The notes beneath the pieces are model-generated. The model was not told the DNA's origin. It worked only from the letters and a program-made list of their open reading frames with translations, and ran no database searches. DNA of 64,000 bases from Verrucomicrobiota bacterium (lineage in GTDB: Bacteria > Verrucomicrobiota > Verrucomicrobiia > Limisphaerales > Palsa-1400). Within the stretch, counting starts at the first letter, position 1. Each line of letters begins with the position of its first letter. Made by a program: the position numbers and the translations under genes. Positions 29,639 to 38,639 of the stretch are shown one piece after another. Location of the stretch: contig JBEKYR010000010.1 in NCBI GenBank assembly GCA_049510745.1, forward strand, positions 1 to 64,000, read 5' to 3'.

Positions 29639-30324
29639 AAATGCCCCCCCTGCTCCTCCCGTGCAATCTCCCCTGGTCCGCCGGGCTGCTCGCCCTGGCC
29701 CTCTGCCTTGGCCCCGCCGCCCTGACCCACGCTCAAACCCGCTACGGCGCCCAGCCCCGCGGCACCTCCGTCAAAGTCGATGGCACTTCCAGCCTGCACG
29801 ACTGGGAAATGGAAGGCACCATGATTGGCGGCTTCATCGAGTTTGGGCTCGGCGTCAAACTGGACCCGGCGCAGGCCGCCGTCGCTGGAATTCAGGACAA
29901 CAAAGTCCCCGCCAAGGCACACTCCGTCATCCCGGTCGCGTCCATCCACAGCAAAGCCGACCATCTGCCCGAAGTCATGGACCACCTCATGCAGGAAGCG
30001 ATGAAATTCGAGCAGTTCAAGACCATCAACTACACCCTGACCGACCTGACCTTCAAAGGGCCGCACGCCGCCGGCAAACCCTTTGAGTTCGACAGCAAAG
30101 GCGAGTTGGTCATCGCCGGCGTCACCAACAAAGTCAGTTTCCCGATCACGATCGAATGCTTGGACGCGGCCAAAATCAAGGTGTCCGGCACCGCCCCGGT
30201 GAAGATGACTGACTACGGCATCACGCCCCCGGCCCCGAACTTCGGCCTCGGCATGATGAAATGCGGGGACGGCGTCAAAATCATTTTTGAGTGGACGCTG
30301 GAGAAAAAGGTGGAGAAAAAGTGA
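29635..30324 (+). CDS. YceI-family periplasmic protein
   Basis: Signal peptide; 'VDGTSSLHDW', 'GELVIAGVT', 'MTDYGITPP'; ATGA overlap. Confidence 0.88.
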   Translation: MKMPPLLLPCNLPWSAGLLALALCLGPAALTHAQTRYGAQPRGTSVKVDGTSSLHDWEMEGTMIGGFIEFGLGVKLDPAQAAVAGIQDNKVPAKAHSVIPVASIHSKADHLPEVMDHLMQEAMKFEQFKTINYTLTDLTFKGPHAAGKPFEFDSKGELVIAGVTNKVSFPITIECLDAAKIKVSGTAPVKMTDYGITPPAPNFGLGMMKCGDGVKIIFEWTLEKKVEKK

Positions 30325-30325
30325 G

Positions 30326-30841
30326 TCAATGGCGGCGGGCCAGGAAGAAAAAGATGCCGAAGAGGACGGCGACTAGAACAACGGTCAGGGCCAGAAAACG
30401 ATTGCGGGCGACCCGCTTCTCGTAGCGCAAGGGACGCAACCCCTGGACGTTGCCCGCCGCCAGGTAGTTGATGAGTTTTGGATTGGCCGGCGGAGCAGCC
30501 TTGAAATACTTGGCGACACGCTTGAACAGGGCGGCCAGGTCGTACTTGGGCGCGCCCAACTCGTTGAAATGCGCCGCCGTGGAAAGGGAATCAGGGGCGC
30601 TCGTGAGCGGATTCTGGTCCACCTTCTCGAAGACTGGCTCGGTTCGCGGCGCCTGGCCGGAGGGCCGGGCGAGGACCGGGGCGCCTTGCGGATAGGCGGT
30701 CGAGCGAAAGCGGGGCCGCTCCTCCGGCTCGCTTTTTTCGTTGAGCCTTTTGATCTTCGCTTCCAATTCGGCGATCTTCGCCGTCAACTCGCGCGAGCGT
30801 TCGGAGATGGGATCGGCATCTTTTTTTTTGAACAGGAGCAT
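30326..30841 (-). CDS. Hypothetical protein with N-terminal coiled coil and C-terminal TM anchor
   Basis: High-GC codon usage; 8 bp from the upstream gene; hydrophobic C-terminus. Confidence 0.7.
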   Translation of the reverse strand: MLLFKKKDADPISERSRELTAKIAELEAKIKRLNEKSEPEERPRFRSTAYPQGAPVLARPSGQAPRTEPVFEKVDQNPLTSAPDSLSTAAHFNELGAPKYDLAALFKRVAKYFKAAPPANPKLINYLAAGNVQGLRPLRYEKRVARNRFLALTVVLVAVLFGIFFFLARRH

Positions 30842-30849
30842 GCCAGCCG

Positions 30850-31533
30850 CTAATGTCGCAGTAACAACACCAGGAAAATGGCGCCGCCCAGAAGCACCAG
30901 CGGCCAGGTGAACGCCAGGCCGATTCTGCAGAGTTGGGCCAAATCCGCCGCCGCCAGGCTCGGGACGGGGGATTTCTCCGGCGCGGCGTCGGACGGGATG
31001 GGCGGAGCGCCCGCCAGCAGCGGGAATTTCAAGCGCGCCCCGTTCCATTCCAGGCGGGCGTTCTCGATGGTGGTCAAGGCGCGGGTCAATTCGACGCTGA
31101 AATTCTCCTGGGTCCAGGCCTGCTCGTTGACGGCCTGGACCTTGGCGGCGGTGTCGCGGAACTCCGCCAGCACGCCGGCCATTTGCTCGGCGTCGCGCCG
31201 GGCGTTGAGTTCGGCTTCCTCCAGCAGGCCGATGCCGCGGGTCAGGTGCTGGAGCATCTCGGCGCGGCCGGTTTGAAACTCGGCCTGGCGCCGCCGCAAT
31301 TCCTCCAGCCCGGCCCGTTCCCGCTCCAATTCCTCCTGGGCGCGCTTCAATTCCGCCAGCTTGATTTGTTTCTCGCTGACCAGCGCCTCGATTTCCTCGC
31401 GGGTGGGCGGGCGGTTGGGCGCGGCCGCATCCGGCTTGGCGTCCGCCGGCGGCGCGCCGAGGCCGTTCTGTTGTGCCGATTGAAAATCGCTGTCAACAAA
31501 TTCTCCTGTGTCGTAATGCGCGGCCATAATCAA
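30850..31533 (-). CDS. Hypothetical coiled-coil protein with C-terminal TM anchor
   Basis: Heptad-rich E/R/L region; hydrophobic C-terminus; directly downstream of smc. Confidence 0.75.
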   Translation of the reverse strand: MIMAAHYDTGEFVDSDFQSAQQNGLGAPPADAKPDAAAPNRPPTREEIEALVSEKQIKLAELKRAQEELERERAGLEELRRRQAEFQTGRAEMLQHLTRGIGLLEEAELNARRDAEQMAGVLAEFRDTAAKVQAVNEQAWTQENFSVELTRALTTIENARLEWNGARLKFPLLAGAPPIPSDAAPEKSPVPSLAAADLAQLCRIGLAFTWPLVLLGGAIFLVLLLRH

Positions 31534-31577
31534 TCACCTCCGTCATCGGTTCACGCCGGCGGGGACGCTCCCGGCGC

Positions 31578-34500
31578 CTATTTTGCCATGACCATGCTCT
31601 CCTCGCTCCGCCGCGCCTGGCCGTCCCCGGCCTGGAGCGAACGGTTTGGCGGCGGCTCTTCCAGCGCGGGCTGGCCGTTGCCAGCCTCGCCGGCCTGGTG
31701 AAACTTGACGCTGACCAGTTTGCTCACCCCCGCCTCCTGCATCGTCACCCCGTAAAGCACGTCGGCCATGCCGATGGTGCGCTGGTTGTGGGTGATGATG
31801 ACAAACTGGGAATGCACCAGGAACCGCTGCAAAACCCGCACGAAGCGGTTGATGTTCGATTCGTCCAGCGCCGCGTCCAATTCGTCCAGCACGCAGAACG
31901 GGCTGGGCCTGACCTGGTAAATGGAAAAGAGCAGTGCCACCGCCACCATCGTCTGCTCGCCGCCCGACAGCAGCGAGATGCTCTGCAACTGCTTGCCCGG
32001 CGGCCGGGCCACGATGTCGATGCCGCATTCCAGCACATCGCCCTCGTCGGAGAGGATCAAATCGGCTCGCCCGCCGCCGAAAATCTCGACAAACAGGGCG
32101 CGGAAATTGTCGCGGATTTGCTCGAACGTTTCGATGAACATCTGCCGCGTTTGGCTGTTGATGCGGTTGATGACTTCGAGCAACTGCGCTTTCGCCTGCA
32201 CCAGGTCGTCGTTTTGCTTCGTCAAGAATTGATACCGCTGCTCGGTTTCCTCGTACTCGGCTATGGCCACCAGGTTGACCGGCCCCATCTCGTCCAGGCG
32301 CGTCTGCAAGGCCGTCACCTGCCGCCCCGCTTCCTCCCAGTCGGTGGCGGCGCCGCTTTGCGCCATTTCTTCGGGCGTCAGGGTGTGGACCTTGGCCGGC
32401 CCTTCCTCGGCCAGGGTGATCGTGATGCACTCGCTGAGAATGTCGTCCAGGTTGCGCTGGTACTTCTCGCGGATGCGGTCGCGCAGGTTCTGCACCGCCA
32501 TGTTTTTCTGCGCCAACTCGACTTCAATCGAACCGCGCTGCTCCTGCCGCTCGTTCAAGCAGCGCCGTTGCTCGCGCAACCCCTCGTCGGCGGCGCCGAT
32601 TTGCGCTTCCAGCGCCTCCTGCTGCGCCAGCAGTTGCGTGGCTTGAAGGTTGACCTGTTCGCGCTCGTGCTGGAGGGCGTCGATTTTTTGTCGTGACTCG
32701 GCGATCTCGGTGTCGGCCTGGTGCTTGCGCTCCAAAAAGGTATGAATCTCCGCCCGGCGCTGCGCGGCCAGATTGGCCAATTCGGCGACACGCTGTTCGA
32801 GGGGCCGCTTCTGGCTGGCGTAGGAATTGCACAACTGGTCCTCGGTGGCCAGCGCCACCTTGGTTTCCGTCAGGGTGGCGTTGGCGGCGTCGCGCTGCTG
32901 GCGCAATCCGTCCAGGGCGGCGGTCAGCCGGGCGACGGCGGCCTGCGATTCCTGCTCGCGGGATTCGAGCGCGACGGCCTGGGCGGCCAACGCCTGGCGT
33001 TTGCGCGCGCCTTCCGCCTCCTGCGCCGCCAGGCTGTTGATCTCATAAACGACGGTCTCGATTTTCTGGGCCAGCACGCGGGCGGAATTCTCCAGCGCCT
33101 TGAACTCGCCCTGGCGTGTGGCGATGGCCACCTCCTGGGTGCGCAGTTCGGTTTGCGCCTCCTGCAATCCGGCCTGAAGCTGCGTCTGCTCGCTCAAGAG
33201 CGCGCCCTTTTGCCGGCTGATTTCGCCGACGCTCTCCTGCAACGCGGCCGACGCCCCGCGCAAATCGGCGATCTGGTTCTGCCGTCCGAGAATCGACGCG
33301 GCCGCCTGGCCGGAGCCATTCCCGTTCAAATAGCCGCCCGTAAAAACTCCGTGCCGGTTGAGCAGATCGCCCGCGGGTGTAACGAAGTCAAAAGCCCCGT
33401 TGGCCGCCCGCCAGGCCTCCGTCGCGGCGGCCAGGTCGGGCGCGATCAACGTCTGGCCCAGCAGCCGGTTCAAAAGCGGCCCCATCGACGGCTCCGCCGT
33501 GATGACACTGACCGCGCTCACGGCGTCGGCAGGGGCGGGTGAAGAATTATGCTCGACAGCCGCCAGACGCAGCGACGCCACGCTGGCCCGTCCGGTCTTG
33601 TTGGCCCGCAAATCCTCGACGATCTGCCGGGCCGTTTCCGGTTCTTCGGTCAGGACCAGTTGCAAATTGTGGCCCAGCGCGGTTTCGATGGCCACGACGT
33701 AGGGGTCAGGGACGCGGATTTTGTCCGCCAGCGAGCCGAGAACGTTGCCGGCGGTTTTGAGCGCGGTCAAGGCGCCCGCGCCAAAGCCTTCGTGCCCGGC
33801 CTGCAATTGTTCGAGCACGTTGAGGCGCGAGCGTTGCTCGGCCTGGCGCCGCAGCAGTTCGTCGAGTTGCTGGGTGGTTTCGTTCAACTGCGACTGAATG
33901 GCGCGCAAACGCTGCTGCCGGTCCTCCACCGTGCCGCGATGCGTCTGCGCGCTTATCAGTCCAGCCTCGACTGTGGCTGAAAATTGGCCCAACCGCGTCT
34001 CCAAGCCCGCCCGCTCCTCCTCAAGCTGGATTTTTTCCGCCGAAAGTTTCTCCAGCCGGACGGCATTGCCCTCCTTCTGCAAATCCAGCGCCGTGATTTC
34101 ATTGCGGGCGCGGCTCAGTTGCTGGGCGGCCTCAAAGGCCCCGGCCTGCGCCTGGCGCAACGCCTCCTGGCTGCCGCGCAGTTCATTCTCCACGTTTTGC
34201 AGGGCCTGGCGCTTGCTTTCCAAAGCTTGCTGCTGTTCCCGCAACGCCGCCGCCGAGGCCTGGAGCCGTCCCAGCACGTTGGCCAGTTCCTGCTCCGCCG
34301 CCAGCTTGCGTTCCTCCGCTTGGGCGATGTCGCTGGTGGCGCGGGCGTTCTGCGCTTCGAGATCGCGCAACTTGTCTTCGTTGAAATGAATCCGGCCGTC
34401 GTGGCCGTCGATTTGTCCCTTCAATTCGAGGCCCTGCTGCTGCCACTGGTTGATCTGCGCCCCTTGCTCGGAAAGCTGTTCGCGCAACAGGCTGATTTCG

Positions 34501-35318
34501 CTTTCCACGCGCGAAACGGTGCCCGAAATCGTTTCAATTTCGGCCCGCGATTTTTCCAATTGCTCCGCGCGGGCCTGGATGTCCGTTTGCAACACGTCAA
34601 ACTGGTGGCGGGCCAGTTGGGTGTCCAAGTGCTGGAGTTCGGCGCTCAACTGTTTGTAACGCCGCGCTTTGCCGGCCTGGCGCTGCAGCGAGCCGATCTG
34701 CCGCTTGACTTCGCGGATCAAGTCGGCCACGCGCAACAGATTCTGCTCGGTCGCCTCGAGTTTGCGCAGCGCCTCCTTCTTCTGCGTCTTGAACTTGGTG
34801 ATGCCGGCCGCTTCCTCAAAAACCATCCGCCGGTCTTCCGGTTTGCTCGACAGGATTTGCGTGATGTTCCCCTGCGCCAGGATGCTGTAACTGGTCCGGC
34901 CCACTCCCGTTCCCATGAACAACTGCTGAATGTCCTTGAGCCGGCAGGGAGTTTTGTTGAGAAAGTATTCGCTCGACCCGTCTCGAAACACCCGCCGCGT
35001 CAACGTCACTTCGTTGTAAGCGATCTCGACCCCCGCCGCCGTCAGATGCTCGCCATCGACGCCGCCGATGGTCAGCGACACCTCGGCCATGCTCAAGGGT
35101 TTGCGGGAATCGGTGCCGTTGAAAATCACGTCCGCCATCTCGCCGCCGCGCAGCGCCTTGGCCGATTGCTCCCCCAGAACCCACCGGATGGCGTCGGAAA
35201 CATTGGACTTGCCGCAGCCATTCGGCCCGACAATCGCCGTCACACCCGGCTGAAAGTTGAGGGACATCTTGTCTGCGAACGACTTAAATCCCAGAACCGT
35301 TATGTTCTTCAGATACAT
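31578..35318 (-). CDS. smc: Chromosome segregation protein SMC
   Basis: [14 protein letters not shown], long coiled coils with hinge, [19 protein letters not shown]; start taken at ATG 35318. Confidence 0.98.
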   Translation of the reverse strand: MYLKNITVLGFKSFADKMSLNFQPGVTAIVGPNGCGKSNVSDAIRWVLGEQSAKALRGGEMADVIFNGTDSRKPLSMAEVSLTIGGVDGEHLTAAGVEIAYNEVTLTRRVFRDGSSEYFLNKTPCRLKDIQQLFMGTGVGRTSYSILAQGNITQILSSKPEDRRMVFEEAAGITKFKTQKKEALRKLEATEQNLLRVADLIREVKRQIGSLQRQAGKARRYKQLSAELQHLDTQLARHQFDVLQTDIQARAEQLEKSRAEIETISGTVSRVESEISLLREQLSEQGAQINQWQQQGLELKGQIDGHDGRIHFNEDKLRDLEAQNARATSDIAQAEERKLAAEQELANVLGRLQASAAALREQQQALESKRQALQNVENELRGSQEALRQAQAGAFEAAQQLSRARNEITALDLQKEGNAVRLEKLSAEKIQLEEERAGLETRLGQFSATVEAGLISAQTHRGTVEDRQQRLRAIQSQLNETTQQLDELLRRQAEQRSRLNVLEQLQAGHEGFGAGALTALKTAGNVLGSLADKIRVPDPYVVAIETALGHNLQLVLTEEPETARQIVEDLRANKTGRASVASLRLAAVEHNSSPAPADAVSAVSVITAEPSMGPLLNRLLGQTLIAPDLAAATEAWRAANGAFDFVTPAGDLLNRHGVFTGGYLNGNGSGQAAASILGRQNQIADLRGASAALQESVGEISRQKGALLSEQTQLQAGLQEAQTELRTQEVAIATRQGEFKALENSARVLAQKIETVVYEINSLAAQEAEGARKRQALAAQAVALESREQESQAAVARLTAALDGLRQQRDAANATLTETKVALATEDQLCNSYASQKRPLEQRVAELANLAAQRRAEIHTFLERKHQADTEIAESRQKIDALQHEREQVNLQATQLLAQQEALEAQIGAADEGLREQRRCLNERQEQRGSIEVELAQKNMAVQNLRDRIREKYQRNLDDILSECITITLAEEGPAKVHTLTPEEMAQSGAATDWEEAGRQVTALQTRLDEMGPVNLVAIAEYEETEQRYQFLTKQNDDLVQAKAQLLEVINRINSQTRQMFIETFEQIRDNFRALFVEIFGGGRADLILSDEGDVLECGIDIVARPPGKQLQSISLLSGGEQTMVAVALLFSIYQVRPSPFCVLDELDAALDESNINRFVRVLQRFLVHSQFVIITHNQRTIGMADVLYGVTMQEAGVSKLVSVKFHQAGEAGNGQPALEEPPPNRSLQAGDGQARRSEESMVMAK

Positions 35319-35615
35319 TCTGGAGTCGAAGAAAACCAAAAAACAGGGGGGATGTAAAGAAAAAAACCACCATATAATGGGGTTCCCGCCAAAAAAAGCC
35401 CCTCTAATGGGGTTTTCCACGGTTTTTCCGGCAGTTTTCGGGCAATTTCGCCCCCGGAAGCCATTACAAACACCCGACTTGCGTCCGAATCGAGGCGCCA
35501 TGCATGGCCTGAACAGGCATCCCAGAAGCCCAGAATTGGCGATCCAATCCAACCCCCAGTCCTGAGCCACCGCAATTCTGAGCGACGTCTCATCCTGTTG
35601 CCCGCCCAACGAATG

Positions 35616-35635
35616 ATACTGTCATATGACAGTAT
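35616..35635. promoter_or_regulatory. Perfect 20-bp palindrome, candidate operator
   Basis: ATACTGTCATATGACAGTAT is its own reverse complement. Confidence 0.5.
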
Positions 35636-35644
35636 GAAAACCGG

Positions 35645-36087
35645 TCCACCATCATGACCAGCAACCGGCCATTGGAGGAGTGGGGCAGACTCTTGGGCGA
35701 CGTGCCCACAGCCGGCGCGATTTTGGATCGTTTCCTGCACCACGCCCAGACCACTGCCGTTGCCGGGAGGATTTATCCTAAATCCGGCAGTTGGATTTTA
35801 AGAAAAAAAAGGAAACCACAGATGGACACGGATAAACACAGATTTTTTTTGAAAAGAGCCGTCCCTCGTTGGGTGACTCCTGTTTTTTCGCAACTCCTTC
35901 TGATCTGTGTCTATCTGTGTTCATCTGTGGCTGTAACTGCTTTTTTAAGGGTTATCGGCTTAAAGACCACGCCACCATCGCCGGAAAAGAGGACAAAACC
36001 AGAAAGATCGAATCCAAGCCCAACGACCCAGGCTGTGCCGGAGGCTTCGCCGAGGCGAGACCTTCGACCGCAGAACCGGCGAGCTGA
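35645..36087 (+). pseudogene. istB: IS21-family IstB C-terminal remnant interrupted by a MITE
   Basis: 'STIMTSNRPLEEWGRLLGDVPTAGAILDRFLHHA...GR(I)YRLK'; frame is restored when the insertion at 35774-35954 is removed, keeping one TA. Confidence 0.85.
35774..35954. mobile_element. TA-flanked MITE with internal CACAGAT-type inverted repeat
   Basis: Imperfect TIRs TATCCTAAATCCGGCAGTT / AACTGCTTTTTTAAGGGTTA; internal 28-bp IR at 35816-35843 and 35903-35930. Confidence 0.75.
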
Positions 36088-36293
36088 ACGGCTCGCTTTC
36101 CGGTTCTGCTCGTTTTGACTCGTTGCGTACGATTATGGAAAATGCTCGATCTTCGCCGCGAATCGGCTATACTGGCCGCCTCGTGTCAGGGTGGTGTGAA
36201 TATGCAGATGGATTGGACCGCTTGGAGGGGCTGGCTTTTGCATTTCAATATATGAACCGACCGTCGTATAATAAAGGTTCAAGAAGGTAGAGA

Positions 36294-36764
36294 ATGAGGT
36301 TTGGACTGATAGACCTTTTGTTTGAGATCTTTTCGATGGCAATTGGCGTTGCAATTGTCAGATGGGCATTCCCGTCGTGCCCTTTGTTTATCGCCGCGGT
36401 AATCGGTGGAACCTTTGTGTTTCTGGCAGTCTTCCCACCAATTTATCGTAGGTTTCGGCTTTTCCCAATGATCCTGCCCCGATGTCCGTGCTGCATGAAG
36501 TTCCAGAACGGATTTCATTTCACTCATAGTTGGCCCCGTGTGACCTACCGATGTCCTACGTGCAATGGTGAGTTCGTGATTTGGTGCAACGGAAAAGTCG
36601 GTCATACGGAAATATGGGACAGGCCAGTCCTGGTTTTGAAATGGCCGTATGCATTTGGACCTTACAAGAGGGTGGAAACGCCCGAACCAAGTGCTACACC
36701 GAATGCCGGCCCCCCGACAGCAAGTGGCCACTCAGGAGTCAAGGGGCCGCCATCGGTAAGCTGA
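36294..36764 (+). CDS. Hypothetical membrane protein with two CxxC pairs; cassette-like passenger gene
   Basis: Two N-terminal TM segments; CPCC and CPTC; AT-richer than neighbours; stop codon lies inside an attC-like site. Confidence 0.65.
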   Translation: MRFGLIDLLFEIFSMAIGVAIVRWAFPSCPLFIAAVIGGTFVFLAVFPPIYRRFRLFPMILPRCPCCMKFQNGFHFTHSWPRVTYRCPTCNGEFVIWCNGKVGHTEIWDRPVLVLKWPYAFGPYKRVETPEPSATPNAGPPTASGHSGVKGPPSVS

Positions 36765-36774
36765 AAAGCTCGAC
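36681..36774 (+). other. Integron attC-like recombination site, degenerate
   Basis: CCCGAAC R''-like box; GCTACACCGAATGCCGGCCCC pairs with GGGGCCGCCATCGGTAAGC with extrahelical bases; R' eroded to GCTCGAC. Confidence 0.65.
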
Positions 36775-36839
36775 GTATGAAATAATTGAAACGTCCCTTG
36801 CGTGCATCAAGAAACCCGGTATGAATAAAGCACCTCAGA

Positions 36840-36891
36840 GTGGCCGATTTGAAGTGCCCGCGAGTGGCTGGTTTTCAACCGCCCGGTGACA
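36840..36891. mobile_element. IS21-family right end
   Basis: Two tandem GTGGC(C/T)G(A/G)TTT...GCCCG units ending in TGACA, downstream of istB. Confidence 0.75.
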
Positions 36892-36954
36892 ACGATTTAG
36901 GATCCGTGATCGACAAAGACTTGCGAACAACAAGAGCCGCTGGGGATCCGGGTT

Positions 36955-37230
36955 CCAATCCCAAAGGGATTGCCTCATCATCCCAACGGGATGAAATCTC
37001 TCAGCCCAGGGTTGGCCGATTCCGAGAGGCCTACCCTGGGTGGTTGCATTCGAGTGACACAACCCTGAAAGGGTTGAATATCAAAGGCTTGGGAAACAGA
37101 GTCAACCCTTGCAGGGTTGTGATTCTTCTCTGATCTTACCCAGGGTAGCTCGTGCCCCCGCCTTCGCTGCGCTACGGCGCGGCAACTCGCAACCCTGGGC
37201 TGCAACATTCAATCCCGTTGGGATTGGCAA
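36955..37230. repeat. REP-like palindrome cluster left of the Y1 transposase
   Basis: Hairpins AATCCC-AAA-GGGATT, ATCCC-AAC-GGGAT, CAACCC-TGAAA-GGGTTG and CCCAGGGT...ACCCTGGG. Confidence 0.85.
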
Positions 37231-37319
37231 AACCAATCATGACCCTCCAAACGTCGCTGTTCATTCCACTGGAATCGTCGAGGAACCGAAAGGGTTGAAT
37301 CAAATGGCCAAACATTCGC

Positions 37320-37775
37320 TCAGTCCCAAACATACCGTTCGTCGAATTCGATCTCATAGCGTTTCAATAGTTGCCGGAACTCCTCCTGGAATGAAACCTT
37401 CCGATGATGATTCTCTTGTTCCGCGATATACCTCCGGACAGCCTCGATTTGCGAGAAGCCGATGGAGAAAATCCCGTAGCCGTTCTGCCACGCGAAATCC
37501 CGCAAGTCCGCGCTCTTGGTTTTAATCCACAGTGACGAGCCGCGCTTCACCTCTTTGACCATCCCCGCCGCTTGGCAGGTGCGCGACAGAGCGGAGAGAA
37601 TGTGAACGTGGTCTTCCACACCGCCGACGATGATGGGCTGGCAGTCCTGGTTGGCCAGAATACCGCCCAGGTAACGATGCAATTCGGCGCGAATTGATGG
37701 GTCGCGCAGAAGGGGGCGGCGATCTTTGGTTGAGAAAACGGTGTGAACCAGAATTTTGGCGAGCGACTGTGACAT
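37320..37775 (-). mobile_element. tnpA: IS200/IS605-like Y1 transposase (TnpA/RAYT type)
   Basis: HTVFSTKDR, EDHVHIL (HUH), FAWQNGYG, RRYIAEQ. Confidence 0.92.
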
Positions 37776-37805
37776 GAGGTTCAGAATGTCCGATTACCCG
37801 ATTTG

Positions 37806-37931
37806 ATTCAACCCTTTCAGGGTTGATGGGTTCGTCCCAGTGACCCAGGGTAGCTCGTGTCCCCGCCTTCGCTGCGCTACGGCGCGGCAACTCGCAACCC
37901 TGGGCTGAGAGATTTCATCCCGTTGGGATGA
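37806..37931. repeat. REP-like palindrome cluster right of the Y1 transposase
   Basis: 65-bp direct repeat 37843-37907 = 37138-37202 (1 mismatch); 37895-37931 is a perfect inverted copy of 36978-37014. Confidence 0.9.
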
Positions 37932-38436
37932 ACTGAACCCTGCTTCTCTGTCAAATCCGGGGGTAAAGCATCGCGCAGGCCCATCCCCCCTCTGAGGGCA
38001 AGTGGGCGATAACGATTGTTTCGGACGGGTTTGCCCCCCTTTGCCGCGCGTCTCCGTCCGTCTTCCTTTTCAAAAGCTAAAAAATGAAAAAAGTAACAAA
38101 AATGCTTGCACATACATAAATCCGTGTCATATTCACGACCTGTGAGCACTTGCTCCTTTGACATAAAGTGGAGTCGCCGGGGAATAAACCTGCCCGCCCG
38201 CCGCGGGACGGACCGCACGGCGAAGCGGTCATCCCGGCAATTTGTTCTGGTCTGCAGGCCGCCAGCAATGGCGTCAGGCTCCCGCGGGCCAACCAATGAC
38301 GTTGACGACCACCCCGCCACGGGGGGCAGCCTATCCGCATGGAAGCTTGACGCAAAAACTCAAACGTGCCCCGGTCCAGACGCAGACGCCATGCATCGCC
38401 AGCACCGGGAACTACCCCTGGAGGCGGCAAAAAATG

Positions 38437-38558
38437 CCGGATTCAAACCGGAAAACGAATCCAAAAACCCGGACAAATCCGGAAAAATCCGGAAAAATCC
38501 GGGTGAATCCGGCTAAATCGGGCCAAAAAATGAAAAATCAAAAAATACCCGGATCCGG
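38437..38558. repeat. Degenerate AAATCCGG tandem repeat
   Basis: ...CCGGACAAATCCGGAAAAATCCGGAAAAATCCGGGTGAATCCGGCTAAATCGG... Confidence 0.6.
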
Positions 38559-38639
38559 CGACAGCGACCGGTGACGAAAAACCTCACAATTCATCCTTTC
38601 AAACCGGCGGGAAGCCCGGTATTGCTCTGTTTTGCCCGC

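Noticed and set aside
35319..35609. N-terminal extensions in the ORF track for smc, and likewise metG, ggt, GH115 and the Gfo/Idh/MocA gene
   Set aside because: Family motifs, signal peptides and promoter positions support downstream ATGs; the GH115 extension runs through the MITE
35616..35635. LexA SOS box
   Set aside because: Spacing is CTGT-N6-ACAG rather than N8
38168..38194. Reverse-complement tmRNA/tRNA 3'-end fragment (att site)
   Set aside because: The T-arm does not pair and the TTCG loop is missing; too degenerate to call
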